Shown here in pieces: positions 48,968 through 59,005 of a DNA stretch of 64,000 nt. The notes below the pieces were generated by a model, which saw only the letters and a program-made list of their open reading frames with translations, ran no database searches and was not told where the DNA came from. Every line of letters starts with the position of its first letter. The stretch's first letter is position 1. The stretch covers positions 16,823 to 80,822 of the forward strand of contig JAVJWO010000005.1 in assembly GCA_040222015.1 (NCBI GenBank). The letters run 5' to 3'. Made by a program: the position numbers and the translations under genes. This DNA comes from Coleofasciculus chthonoplastes F2-STO-03 (GTDB taxonomy: Bacteria; Cyanobacteriota; Cyanobacteriia; Cyanobacteriales; Coleofasciculaceae).

Positions 48968-49321
48968 ATGACACGGAATTTGACCAAGCTGCAACTGACG
49001 AACATTGGCTGGACAGATGGTTTTGCTATTTGGCGAGTTCGTAATCTGAATGATATTGATATTTGTTATAACTGGGATGTTTATGAAACCGGTCAGGCGG
49101 GTCAGGGGATTGCTTTAGCCAAATACGATGTCTTTTTTTATACGTCTTTAGTCAGAGGACCAAATACAGCGAGAGTATTAGTAGATGGTGTTCAGCAAAT
49201 GGTTAAATCTGCCCATTTAAACTACGCATTTTATCACAGTATTGAACCCCTGCCTGAACCCATTCCTCCTAGTTTAGAACTCCAGAATCTTGAGCAGAAA
49301 CAGCTTTGTGTAATGATTTAA
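48968..49321 (+). CDS. Hypothetical protein (small beta-rich domain)
   Basis: 117-aa ORF with GGGG SD-like sequence upstream; WRVRN.N..D..Y.WDVY pattern. Confidence 0.55.
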   Translation: MTRNLTKLQLTNIGWTDGFAIWRVRNLNDIDICYNWDVYETGQAGQGIALAKYDVFFYTSLVRGPNTARVLVDGVQQMVKSAHLNYAFYHSIEPLPEPIPPSLELQNLEQKQLCVMI

Positions 49322-49473
49322 GTGGTAACAACTAAAGTTAACGGTGGAGATCGTCATTCGTCTTATGTCATTCGTCTTTCGTAAGGGTTTGATGCTTGTT
49401 TACAAAACAAGCGTGAGCGTACCGTTTTCTTTTGTCCGACTACTTATCAAATCGCTAATCACTCATTATAGCC

Positions 49474-50040
49474 ATGCAACAGTTAGAGAAGAAACTAACA
49501 CTGAAAGAATTTCTGGCAATGCCAGAGTCAGATGTAACTCACGAATTAGTCAAGGGCGAGGTAGTACCAAAGATGTCACCGAAACGATTTCATTCAGCTT
49601 TGCAGAAAACATTGTTATTTATCATCGATAAGTGGTGTCAGGGAAAAGGTGAAGTTTACCCAGAATGGGCGATCGCGTTAAAACGTCGGGGTGAAGACTG
49701 GGTTCCTGTGCCAGATTTGACCTATATTTCTTATCAGCGACTACCGACAGACGTGATGGAAGATGAACCTTGTCCAGTTCCCCCAGAATTAGCCATTGAA
49801 ATTATTTCACAGGGACAAACATTTGGCACATTGATGGAGAAAGCCACCGATTATCTAGAAGCGGGAGTCTTACGAGTTTGGGTTGTAGATCCCCACGCCA
49901 GAAGTATCACCGTTTTCTATCCCGATGCGCCACCGCGAACCTATACGAAAGATATGGTGATCACCGATTCGTTGTTTGAGGGATTAGAATTGACGCCGCA
50001 GCAGGTATTTGGGGAAGCCAGATTACCTGAGAAGGATTAA
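49474..50040 (+). CDS. Uma2 family (DUF820) endonuclease-like protein
   Basis: ELVKGE, PDL.Y, PELAIEIIS, YLEAGV..VWVVDP. Confidence 0.9.
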   Translation: MQQLEKKLTLKEFLAMPESDVTHELVKGEVVPKMSPKRFHSALQKTLLFIIDKWCQGKGEVYPEWAIALKRRGEDWVPVPDLTYISYQRLPTDVMEDEPCPVPPELAIEIISQGQTFGTLMEKATDYLEAGVLRVWVVDPHARSITVFYPDAPPRTYTKDMVITDSLFEGLELTPQQVFGEARLPEKD

Positions 50041-50207
50041 TCTACTTATTTATCATTGGCTAGGCGTGACATATTGATATGTATGCCAGCTTGGGCAGTG
50101 TAGAGACTCCTCATGCTACGTCTCTACAAGGGGTTGGGTAAACCTCACCCCCCGACTCCAGAAGTCGCGCTAGGATCTTTACAGAAGTTAACAATCCTAG
50201 CGTAACC

Positions 50208-50468
50208 ATGATTAATCTCATCGAATCCACCAAAGACTACTGGAGAAAGCTCGACGAGTTAGAAGCTGCCTACAAGCGAGGCGATGTCTCCGTTGAGGAA
50301 GTCGATGTTAGAGTGGCTCAACTCATGGATAAACTTGGTCATGAACGTAGAGTCACCTTACGCTCCATAAGGCAAAGTGTACTTCGGCTTTGGCAAGACC
50401 AACGCGAAACTCTCATTGGCTTCGCGTTTCTGGCAATTTTGACTTATGCTTGGTTCATCTTCAATTAG
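50208..50468 (+). CDS. Small hypothetical protein with a C-terminal TM helix
   Basis: 86-aa ORF with ATG start. Confidence 0.65.
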   Translation: MINLIESTKDYWRKLDELEAAYKRGDVSVEEVDVRVAQLMDKLGHERRVTLRSIRQSVLRLWQDQRETLIGFAFLAILTYAWFIFN

Positions 50469-50756
50469 GCTAAATCGGTGAAGAACTTTAAAGTGAATGG
50501 TACTGACTGGCATGATGGTGGGCAATGCCCACCCTACGGTATATCCATGGTTTTGGTACTCCCAAATTGCTGATTGAGGGTGCTATTCAACTTAAACTTA
50601 ACGGTGGGAATTATCATTTGTCATACTCGCTTCCCTTGAAGAAGCAAGCTAGGTTATTGGTAAGGGTTTAAGGGCTATTGACAGAACGGGATGGATTTGA
50701 ATTAATTTCCACCAATATACTTATATTCAGTTGTCAAAAAAATAGGTGAATCTCTA

Positions 50757-51215
50757 ATGGAAAAAACTACATTTGGAGCAGGATGTTTCTGGGGAGTCGA
50801 GGCGGCATTCCGTCGATTAAACGGCGTTACGTCTACATCCGTTGGCTATATGGGAGGACATTTTCCTAACCCCTCCTATCTAGATGTTTGTGCCAGAATT
50901 ACTGGACATGCAGAAGTGGTGCAAGTCCAGTATGACCCGTCTCAGATTTCCTACAATGACTTGCTGAATGTTTTTTGGTCAATTCATGATCCTACCCAAT
51001 ATAATCGTCAGGGACCTGATCGCGGCGAGCAATACCGCTCGGTTATATTTTTCCACAATCGGAACCAGGAGAAAGCCGCCAGAGAATCAAAGCGCAAGCG
51101 TCAGATGTCTGGTAAGTATGACCAAGATATTATGACTGAAATCAACCCCGCTTCTGATTATTATTTCGCCGAAGATTACCATCAGCAGTATTACGAGAAG
51201 AAAGGACGACCTTGA
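50757..51215 (+). CDS. msrA: Peptide-methionine (S)-S-oxide reductase
   Basis: GAGCFWGVE, TGHAEVV, RQGPD.GEQYRS, AEDYHQQY. Confidence 0.95.
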   Translation: MEKTTFGAGCFWGVEAAFRRLNGVTSTSVGYMGGHFPNPSYLDVCARITGHAEVVQVQYDPSQISYNDLLNVFWSIHDPTQYNRQGPDRGEQYRSVIFFHNRNQEKAARESKRKRQMSGKYDQDIMTEINPASDYYFAEDYHQQYYEKKGRP

Positions 51216-51262
51216 TTGTCATTTGTCATTTGTCATTCGTCATTTGTTAAAAATAAAGGATT

Positions 51263-51407
51263 TAAGTAGGTGGACACAATTAAAGTTAACTGTTGAGATT
51301 AGGGAACAGGGAACAGGGAACAGGGAACAGGGAACAGTAAGGGTTTGAGGGCGGTTTACTTGCACTGGCTCCGGAGCGTGCCGTTTTATGCCAGTCCGAC
51401 TACTTAT
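51263..51407. mobile_element. MITE-like element (TAAGTAG...CTACTTA ends) with an internal GGGAACA x5 array
   Basis: TAAGTAGGTGGAC at left and GTCCGACTACTTA at right; the same right end occurs at ~49434-49446. Confidence 0.6.
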
Positions 51408-51469
51408 ACCTTCTGGTTGGTGCGTGCGTTGCGCTACTGGACTGACACAGCCCACTACGGTTGCTAGAG

Positions 51470-53113
51470 TTAACTGGGTTGGTTTTCTAGCTGGATGACG
51501 ACTTTAACGTCATACTCCTCTTCAAACACGACTTTTTTATCTTCTAAACTCCAAACTTCTAAGGCACAGGTATCATTGGGATCTACAGGTGTCAGACGCA
51601 AACATAATTCTTTGTCCTCTGGTATATAGTGGCAGCGGATTTTGGAAATTGCCCCAATCTGTCGGCGATCTAGGGCAACCGCTAAACGTAATAAAGGACT
51701 GATTTCTTTGACTAGATGCCGATAGTATTTGTTGGGTAAATTACTGTAATTGTCGTGCTTTTTCTTGGGTGAACTCTTGCGATGGTAACGAGCCAAGTTA
51801 GCGATCACTTCAATCTCAATATCAGTAAAGCCGAGTAATTCCCCGTTGCGAATCAGGTAATAGGAATGCTTATTGTGGGCTGAATGACTCACATACAAAC
51901 CACAATTATGCAAAATTGCCGCCGCCCACAACAATTCTCGTTCTTCATTTCCCCAATTGTGTAGCTGTCCTTTAGTTTGGTTAAATAAGCTGACGGCAAA
52001 GTTAGCCACCCGTTCACTAGAGGCTAAGTTAACATGATATTTTTGCGCGACTTTAATGATATTGCGTTTGCGAACTTCGCCTTGATACCGCAGTCTGTCT
52101 TCTATTAAGCCTTGGGAAAGCATCCAGTCTACAATGACTCCCTCTCGCAAGGCGCGTTCCCCGACGGTGAGAGACTGAATGTCTAACATCGTCATGGTTT
52201 CTAGTAAAATAATTGCACCCGCAACGATAATTTCGGCTCGTTTATCCGCCAGTCCAGAGAGTTTTTCCCGTTCAGCACAGGTGAGTGAGGCAAGGTGTTT
52301 GACGATATCTTTTAGGTCATGGCGGTTGAATTCATAACCATTCAGGGGACTGGGTATTACTCCTAAATTTTCTTTGGCGTGAAGGGCGGCTAGGGTTTCA
52401 ATTGTCCCCGATGTGCCGACTAAACGGGGTTTTTCTCCGGGTTCGATATTGGCTAAGACATCTTCAACGGCGCGTTCGATTCGTCCCCGAATATAGGCTT
52501 GTAAATATTGAAACTCGCGATCGCTAATCGGATCAGTGGTAATGAATTCACGGGTCAAGCGTACTGCACCGACTTTGGTGCTGGTGAGAGAACGGGGGGC
52601 GTGACTATCGCCTAAGATTAATTCCGTTGAACCGCCACCAATATCGATGATGATATGAGGTTGGTTGTTAAACTCCATTCCCGACAAAACGCCCAGATAA
52701 ATCCGCCGCGCTTCTTCTTGACCGGAAATCAGGTTGACAAATAACCCCAACTGTGAATCAACTTGTTGTAAAAAGGCGCGTCCATTGGGGGCTTCCCGTA
52801 CCGCACTCGTCGCCACAGCAACCAGCTGATCGGCTTGGAAGCTTTTCGCTAACTCCTGACAACGTTGCAACGCCGCGATCGCGCGTTTGATGGCTTGGGG
52901 AGTTAAATTTCCGGTGTGGGGATCACGTTCCCCCAGTCGCACCGTATCTTTTTCTTTCGCGATAATCGTAAACGAAGGAAGTCTAGGGTCAATCCGGACA
53001 ATGACCATGTGAATCGAATTCGTGCCGATATCAATGGCAGCCAGAATTCTCTCGGTGTTGGTGTTTGGAGTCGAAACTCCTGCCGAATTCCCTGTGGCAG
53101 CTAAATCGATCAT
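51470..53113 (-). CDS. ppx: Ppx/GppA exopolyphosphatase
   Basis: AAIDIGTNSIH, ATSAVREA.N, DIGGGSTE, ALREG, HD-like C-terminus. Confidence 0.92.
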   Translation of the reverse strand: MIDLAATGNSAGVSTPNTNTERILAAIDIGTNSIHMVIVRIDPRLPSFTIIAKEKDTVRLGERDPHTGNLTPQAIKRAIAALQRCQELAKSFQADQLVAVATSAVREAPNGRAFLQQVDSQLGLFVNLISGQEEARRIYLGVLSGMEFNNQPHIIIDIGGGSTELILGDSHAPRSLTSTKVGAVRLTREFITTDPISDREFQYLQAYIRGRIERAVEDVLANIEPGEKPRLVGTSGTIETLAALHAKENLGVIPSPLNGYEFNRHDLKDIVKHLASLTCAEREKLSGLADKRAEIIVAGAIILLETMTMLDIQSLTVGERALREGVIVDWMLSQGLIEDRLRYQGEVRKRNIIKVAQKYHVNLASSERVANFAVSLFNQTKGQLHNWGNEERELLWAAAILHNCGLYVSHSAHNKHSYYLIRNGELLGFTDIEIEVIANLARYHRKSSPKKKHDNYSNLPNKYYRHLVKEISPLLRLAVALDRRQIGAISKIRCHYIPEDKELCLRLTPVDPNDTCALEVWSLEDKKVVFEEEYDVKVVIQLENQPS

Positions 53114-53307
53114 TCTTGTATCTGGGATTACAACTCTAGCCGTGATGCTACTGATAACGATACCGTTAAATCGGCTCAAATCGACAGTACCAAAGTGTTA
53201 CCTTATTTTGAACTATGTATACGCCTGGATCAGGTTTTCATGTTTACTATGGAAATTGTATAGTTCTGCCCAATTTGGTGAAGACTCGATAAAAGACCCG
53301 ATTATCT

Positions 53308-54192
53308 ATGTTGACCGAACAACACCCCCCCTCAGTACCAACCTGGCTCGCGATCGCGCGGCTGTTGCGCTGGGATAAACCAGCCGGACGCTTAATTTTA
53401 ATGGTTCCCGCGCTATGGGCAGTTTTTTTAGCTGCCCAGGGTACACCCCCGATTCCCCTCGTCGGTGTGATTATCCTAGGAACCTTAGCCACCAGTGCGG
53501 CGGGTTGTGTAATCAACGATTTGTGGGATCGAGATATTGATCCGCAAGTCGAACGCACTAAAGAACGTCCCTTAGCCTCTCGCGCCCTATCTGTACAAGT
53601 GGGCGTGGTTGTGGTGTTAGTGGCAATGAGTTGTGCAGGTATCCTCGCCCTGTATCTCAATCCCTTCACCTTTTGGCTGTGCGTCGCCGCCGTTCCCGTG
53701 ATTGTATTTTATCCATCTGCCAAGCGAGTTTTTCCGATTCCCCAGTTGGTATTATCCATAGCCTGGGGGTTTGCTGTCTTAATCAGTTGGAGTGCGGTTA
53801 CTGAGAATTTACAACCTGCCACTTGGTTTTTGTGGGCAGCAACGGTAACGTGGACATTAGGATTTGACACCGTTTATGCGATGTCCGATCGAGAGGATGA
53901 TCAGAAGCTTGGGGTTAATTCTAGCGCCTTGTTTTTTGGAGACTACGCCCCAGAAGCCGTTGGTCTATTCTTTGCCACCACGGTGGGATTTTTGGCGAGA
54001 TTGGGGTTTGTCATGCAGCTACACTGGGGTTTTTGGATTGCTTTAGGTGTAGCCACGATAGGGTGGATTTGGCACTATACGCGACTGCGCCAACCTGATA
54101 TTTCCAAACCCGTTTATGGAGAAATTTTTCGCCAAAATGTCTGGATTGGTTTTGTTCTATTGGCAGGGATGATTGGAGGTTTGCTTTTTTAG
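53308..54192 (+). CDS. ubiA: 4-hydroxybenzoate solanesyltransferase (UbiA/PlqA)
   Basis: LLRWDKPAG, GCVINDLWDRDID..VERT..RPLAS, FDTVYAMSDREDD. Confidence 0.92.
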   Translation: MLTEQHPPSVPTWLAIARLLRWDKPAGRLILMVPALWAVFLAAQGTPPIPLVGVIILGTLATSAAGCVINDLWDRDIDPQVERTKERPLASRALSVQVGVVVVLVAMSCAGILALYLNPFTFWLCVAAVPVIVFYPSAKRVFPIPQLVLSIAWGFAVLISWSAVTENLQPATWFLWAATVTWTLGFDTVYAMSDREDDQKLGVNSSALFFGDYAPEAVGLFFATTVGFLARLGFVMQLHWGFWIALGVATIGWIWHYTRLRQPDISKPVYGEIFRQNVWIGFVLLAGMIGGLLF

Positions 54193-54359
54193 GGCTAGTT
54201 ATGCACCCATCGTCAATTTCCGTTACACTATTTCCATAAGAATGCCGCTGACTTAAGAGTTTGTAGTAAGCACGGCAGGGCTTCCGGCACAAAGCGTACA
54301 GACTACAAACCAAACTTAATGTCGGTATCATTCACCTCAGTAGCGCTCATTAAAAAATT

Positions 54360-54692
54360 ATGAAAAAAATCCAGACCCTATCGGCGGTAATGAGTACGTT
54401 AATCCTGGTACTTGTGAGCGCACCTAGAGGAAATTCGCAAACGCCTGATGTGACTCCCCAAGAACCGACGAATGCCTATCCTCCTGAGATGGTTCAAATA
54501 TATATCGAAAACTGTGTTGGCGATCGCCCAGAAGAAGTCAGGGCATTTTGTACCTGTACGATTGAGAAGATTCAAGAGACTTACACCCTAAATGAATTCA
54601 TGCAAATTGGTCAAGACTTGCAAGCCGGTCAGCCAGAACCGGAGGAGTTTAGGCAAATCATCACCTCTTGTGTACCCAATCAAGTTAATTAG
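54360..54692 (+). CDS. Small secreted Cys-containing hypothetical protein
   Basis: Signal peptide, YP......Y...C, C.C, C-terminal Cys. Confidence 0.7.
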   Translation: MKKIQTLSAVMSTLILVLVSAPRGNSQTPDVTPQEPTNAYPPEMVQIYIENCVGDRPEEVRAFCTCTIEKIQETYTLNEFMQIGQDLQAGQPEPEEFRQIITSCVPNQVN

Positions 54693-54732
54693 TCGTCATA
54701 ATTTACTGGTGCGTTATGTTGCAACGCACGAT

Positions 54733-54836
54733 AGCGATGTAGCACATCTAAAATAGTGCAAGTTAAACGTATACTCAGGGAAATCAATTCAAAATTAGAG
54801 TTCTTCGATTTTGAATTCAAATCATGCTACATCGCT
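54733..54836. mobile_element. MITE-like element with AGCGATGTAGCA/TGCTACATCGCT inverted ends
   Basis: 12-bp perfect inverted repeat flanking an AT-rich core. Confidence 0.6.
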
Positions 54837-54880
54837 GATCAAAAGAGGGACTTATCTGCTTTGCACATAACCTTCAAGCT

Positions 54881-55294
54881 TTAAGACTCGTTTAGAGCGA
54901 TCGAAATAACCTTGATTTTCGTAACACGATGTATAGGTTTACTAGGTTTTTCAGTGGTTATCAGTTCCTCAGCACTTACCGATAAAGCTGCCGCAACATG
55001 AAGCGCATCTATGGCAGACAGACCGAACTGACAAGCCTCCTGAAAGGCATTTGCAATAAGCGATTCCTCCACTTTAGCCCAGTGAGTTACACTATCAAAA
55101 AAGGCTTGATAAAAGGCGGCTTCAGGTGTTTTTTGATTATAAATTGCTTTGGGTAAAACTTCTAGTTTAACAAAAATGCTGGAGGCAAATTCTCGATTGG
55201 GGTCATCCAGAATTGCCATTGCTCTGACAGTAACATCATTTTGTCCACGAGCTGCTGCAATCAAAACACCTGTATCAATAAAGGTACACTTCAT
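54881..55294 (-). CDS. PIN-domain toxin (VapC-like)
   Basis: FIDTGVLI, LEVL, DALHVAAA, LITTE. Confidence 0.88.
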   Translation of the reverse strand: MKCTFIDTGVLIAAARGQNDVTVRAMAILDDPNREFASSIFVKLEVLPKAIYNQKTPEAAFYQAFFDSVTHWAKVEESLIANAFQEACQFGLSAIDALHVAAALSVSAEELITTEKPSKPIHRVTKIKVISIALNES

Positions 55295-55302
55295 GCTATG
55301 CC

Positions 55303-55599
55303 CTAGTGGTTTTCTCCTTGACGTTCAGCCACTTCTTGATTGACTTCATCCCAATCTAAAAGGGGTTCGCCTGTGGCAACAATCTGCTGACGAATTTGCC
55401 AAAGTTTTCTTCCTAAGGGTGTTTGCCCGACTTCTACTCGGTTAGCTGAGAGCAAACGCTCGTATTCAGCAATGGAAAGCATGACAACCTGAGGCTTCCC
55501 CTCAGATTCGATAATCAAAGGCTGCTGCTGTTCAACAACCTGCTGGATCAATTCACCAATGTGGTTACCGACTTCTGTGGCGTTAATTGCTCGTGACAT
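55303..55599 (-). CDS. Phd/YefM-family antitoxin
   Basis: INATE....GELI..V, PLII...GKP.VVM.S..EYE. Confidence 0.85.
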   Translation of the reverse strand: MSRAINATEVGNHIGELIQQVVEQQQPLIIESEGKPQVVMLSIAEYERLLSANRVEVGQTPLGRKLWQIRQQIVATGEPLLDWDEVNQEVAERQGENH

Positions 55600-55672
55600 T
55601 GCTGATCTCCTAATTGCTCTGTTTTCAAGGTTAACCTGTTGGAATGGCAGCGCGATCGCACGCTCTACCCGA

Positions 55673-56050
55673 TCATCCTTGACTCAACACAGACACAATG
55701 TACTGATTGAGGCTCACATTTTCCCTGTCCGCTTTCTCAGCTAAACGGCGATGCAACGATTTCGGCATCCGCAGGAGTAGCTTTCCACTGTAGGTATCAT
55801 CCGTACTGGGTAAAGGAATCTCATCTCCAGCTTCATAAGCTGTCTCAATCCACAACTCCCGCGCCTCATTTATATTTGCGATCGTCTCATCCAGCGTTTC
55901 ACCTTGAGTCAGACATCCAGGCAAATCTTTAATTTGAGCCACATATCCCCCCTCTGGATCAGGGTAAAGTGTTACTGGATACTGAAGATTCAAATAATAG
56001 TCCAATGGCTGCTTCTCACTCAGCTTGTTTTTCTGGTTCAGTGTCTTCAT
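55673..56050 (-). CDS. hicB: HicB antitoxin with C-terminal RHH
   Basis: GGYVA.I.DLPGC.TQGET.DE, YSGK..LRMPKSLH..L...A..E.VSLNQ. Confidence 0.9.
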   Translation of the reverse strand: MKTLNQKNKLSEKQPLDYYLNLQYPVTLYPDPEGGYVAQIKDLPGCLTQGETLDETIANINEARELWIETAYEAGDEIPLPSTDDTYSGKLLLRMPKSLHRRLAEKADRENVSLNQYIVSVLSQG

Positions 56051-56291
56051 CGCTCCATTCCTCCAAGTTCAATAGCTCAACGATTTGCTGGACATAAACC
56101 GCTTTAACTTTCTGTCCACCTTTTTTGGGTACAGTAATTTTTCTACCTTGTGAATCTCGAAAACTATGGTGGCTACCCTTAGACCTTTTTTCTTCAAAGC
56201 CGAAAGCTTCCAGAAGGTAGCGCACGTCCTCAAACCGCACTTCTGGCGGTTTATTCAGGAATTGCTCTACTAATTTCTCTAATTTGCCCAT
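56016..56291 (-). CDS. hicA: HicA mRNA interferase toxin
   Basis: LEAFGF, KGSHH.F, ITVP, VK.VYV. Confidence 0.88.
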   Translation of the reverse strand: MGKLEKLVEQFLNKPPEVRFEDVRYLLEAFGFEEKRSKGSHHSFRDSQGRKITVPKKGGQKVKAVYVQQIVELLNLEEWSDEDTEPEKQAE

Positions 56292-56298
56292 CCAGCAA

Positions 56299-56318
56299 TA
56301 GTATCACAGGTAGTATCA
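56299..56318 (-). promoter_or_regulatory. Tandem TGATACTA repeats just upstream of hicA (possible -10 / HicB operator)
   Basis: TAGTATCA at 56299-56306 and 56311-56318. Confidence 0.4.
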
Positions 56319-56438
56319 TAGCCAGCATCTAAACGCACTGTTGTGCTTAAAGTACACTCTTTCACAGCCGAAGCAGTAGGAGATGCGATCGCCAAACTCC
56401 CATAAGCTACGATGAATCCAAAGACCTTACCAAAAACC

Positions 56439-56783
56439 ATGTCTGAGCAAGTGCGCTATGTTACCAATGAACAGGGGGAGCGAGTTGGTGTCTTATTAGA
56501 TTTGGAAGCGTATAATCGACTGGCAAACCCACTAGCTCTGGATGAGGAATGTGTAATCGGCTTGAGCCGAGATGAACTACAAGCTTTAGCCGATAGTAGG
56601 CTAGCTCCCGCTTCACAAAATCAATTGGACGATTTGCTAGTTCGGAATGCAGAATCCCAACTCTCTGCTGACGAAATTGCCAATCTAGACCATCTGCTCG
56701 CACAAGTCGATCAACTGACAATCCTCAAAACCCGCGCCAGGTATACCCTGCACCGCCTAGAAACCTTGGCGACAGTGGCGTGA
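56439..56783 (+). CDS. Hypothetical antitoxin-like protein coupled to the HNH nuclease
   Basis: YVTNEQGERVGVLLD N-terminus; GTGA overlap with the HNH gene. Confidence 0.7.
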   Translation: MSEQVRYVTNEQGERVGVLLDLEAYNRLANPLALDEECVIGLSRDELQALADSRLAPASQNQLDDLLVRNAESQLSADEIANLDHLLAQVDQLTILKTRARYTLHRLETLATVA

Positions 56784-57208
56784 GCGCATATATTCCTGTT
56801 GAGTTACAGCGACAAGTTCGCACCCATTTTAGACATTGCTGTGCCTATTGCCGCACGGCTGAAGCACTGACGGTTGTAATTTTTGAATTTGAACACATTA
56901 TCCCTCGCTCAGTTGGTGGAGAGACAATTTTTGAGAATCTGTGCCTTTCTTGTCCTACCTGTAATCGCTACAAAGCCACTCTTCAAACCGGATTAGACCC
57001 CACTACCCAGCAGACGGTTCCTCTGTTTCATCCCCATCGCCAAGTGTGGGAGAAGCATTTTACCTGGAGTAAGGATGCGACAGAGTTAATCGGGTTGACA
57101 CCTGTTGGTCGAGCAACGATCACTATCCTCAAGATAAATCGTCCCCAGTTGATTCGCGTGCGTCGGATGTGGGTCAAGCTAGGGGAACATCCACCAAAAT
57201 TTGAGTAA
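56780..57208 (+). CDS. HNH endonuclease
   Basis: CAYC, EHIIPRS.GG, NLCLSC.TCNRYK. Confidence 0.9.
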   Translation: MSAYIPVELQRQVRTHFRHCCAYCRTAEALTVVIFEFEHIIPRSVGGETIFENLCLSCPTCNRYKATLQTGLDPTTQQTVPLFHPHRQVWEKHFTWSKDATELIGLTPVGRATITILKINRPQLIRVRRMWVKLGEHPPKFE

Positions 57209-57331
57209 GCGTTGAGTCAGTCTTGCTTGGAGAGGGGATTGCGATCGCGCGATCGCACTTTGCCAGGAAGATATATCTACTTCCCGGAAGAACTGCCCGA
57301 TCTAGAATAGAAAGAGTTTCTGAGATTCCCT

Positions 57332-57958
57332 GTGAAGCTAAAGCACTTACTGTTACCCCTAGGAATTCTAGCCGTCGTTGCGATCGCCTTCTTCGCCTAC
57401 GATGCAGCTACGGCTCCCTTGCCAGAAGGATTCCCGCCGCCAACACCAGATGGAAAAATTGAAGTTAAACACTATCCAGCCTACCGCTCTGCCACAGTGC
57501 GCTACTCAGGAGAACTCTCCATGGCAGCCAATCGAGCCTTTGACCCTCTCTATCGCCATATCAGTTCCAATAATATCTCGATGACGGCTCCAGTCGAAAC
57601 CCGTTATCCAGTTAGCACCCTGGAAGCCAATGAGATGGGTACACCTGATGAACAAGGTGAAGCCTTTGTGTCATTCCTTTACCGCAGCACGGATGTCTAT
57701 CCCGACGAAATTAGCCAAAACATTGAAGTCGAAGATATCCCATCCATGACAGTCGTCAGTCTGGGGTTAAAAGGTAGTTACGATTACTCCAGCTATCAAA
57801 AAAACATAGAACGGTTACGAGAGTGGTTAGCACAGCATCCAGAATGGACTGTCGTTGGCTCCCCTCGCCGTTTCTTCTACGATGCTCCTTATGTCCCCGA
57901 ACCTGCCAAGCGCAGTGAAATCCAAATTCCGATTCGCCGGGTAGAAAGAGAGAGTTGA
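57332..57958 (+). CDS. SOUL heme-binding family protein
   Basis: IEVK.YP.YR.A, AF..LY.HI, ISMTAPV, Y..P..P...RSEIQIP. Confidence 0.85.
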   Translation: MKLKHLLLPLGILAVVAIAFFAYDAATAPLPEGFPPPTPDGKIEVKHYPAYRSATVRYSGELSMAANRAFDPLYRHISSNNISMTAPVETRYPVSTLEANEMGTPDEQGEAFVSFLYRSTDVYPDEISQNIEVEDIPSMTVVSLGLKGSYDYSSYQKNIERLREWLAQHPEWTVVGSPRRFFYDAPYVPEPAKRSEIQIPIRRVERES

Positions 57959-58038
57959 TCAAGTCGAACGTAACTGATGCTAAAGGCGATCGCGTAGCGT
58001 ACTATAGGCTAGTCATTCGGCTTATGATCCATTAAGTC

Positions 58039-58503
58039 ATGCCTCAGCGAGATGCGATTCATAATATCATTAGGCAAGCTCTGATCAAGGAGGGATGGGA
58101 AATCACGGACGATCCCTATGTCATATCGTATGGTGAGCGATTCCTCTTTATCGACTTGGCAGCAAGATTAGATGTCCTCAACGGTATTGCAGGACGCTTT
58201 ATCGGTGCTAGACGTGGCAGTAGTCGAATTGCCGTTGAAATCAAGGAGTTTCGAGGCAACTCGGCAATTGCTGATTTGGAGCAAGCGATTGGTCAATATG
58301 TTCTTTATCGACTACTCCTGAAACAGGTTGATCCAGAGCGTGAGTTGTATCTTGCTGTGGCAGACACAACCTTTGACGGGATTTTCAGCGAACCGATTGG
58401 TGAGTTGGTGATGCGGGAGTTACCGATGAAATTGCTTATTGTAGATGTAGAAGCGGTAGAGGTGAAGCGATGGATACCACTACGAGAGAGCAGGACATTG
58501 TAA
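58039..58503 (+). CDS. xisH: XisH family protein
   Basis: D.IH..IR.ALIKEGW.ITDDP, IAVEIK.F, A.GQY..Y, R.LYLAV. Confidence 0.9.
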   Translation: MPQRDAIHNIIRQALIKEGWEITDDPYVISYGERFLFIDLAARLDVLNGIAGRFIGARRGSSRIAVEIKEFRGNSAIADLEQAIGQYVLYRLLLKQVDPERELYLAVADTTFDGIFSEPIGELVMRELPMKLLIVDVEAVEVKRWIPLRESRTL

Positions 58504-58793
58504 AACAGGTGATTCAACGATACGCTCAGTTTAAACCTTCTCACGGCGATATTCGACTCGACACGGTATTTGACGACACGCAAAATCGCTATGCATTGAT
58601 GCAGGTAGGTTGGGATAGAGGACGACGGGTGAGGGGAAATTTGATTTATGTGACTTTGAGTGAAGGCAAGGTTTGGGTGGAATATGATGGGATTGAACAG
58701 GGAATCAGCAAAGACTTAATCGCCGCAGGTATTCCTCCAGAGCGAATTGTTCTAGCATTTATCCCGGAAGAGCAAACTACTGCAACTGCTTGA
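58470..58793 (+). CDS. xisI: XisI protein
   Basis: VFD....RY.L..VGW...RRV, GKVW.E.DG.E.GI..DL..AGIP...IVLAF. Confidence 0.9.
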   Translation: MDTTTREQDIVKQVIQRYAQFKPSHGDIRLDTVFDDTQNRYALMQVGWDRGRRVRGNLIYVTLSEGKVWVEYDGIEQGISKDLIAAGIPPERIVLAFIPEEQTTATA

Positions 58794-59005
58794 ATTTAAA
58801 CTTGCTGCACCTAAGCTGCTGTTCGGGCTGTGTTAGAGGAAACTGAGGCAAGCAATCAGGAGATATTAGAAGAATACAAAGGACAACAAAGTAACTTGCA
58901 TAGGATTTAGATTTATGTTCCTGAACCCCTTTCTTGACTCGACAGACTTGTCCAATGTTATGATAAGGGCTAAATTTTTGGAAAAATAAGGATAAGGAAA
59001 ACATC

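Noticed and set aside
43405..58850. Integron attC-like motifs near 43410-43460, 56325-56350 and 58808-58842
   Set aside because: Only partial core-site resemblance, no convincing paired R/L boxes by eye, and no integron integrase
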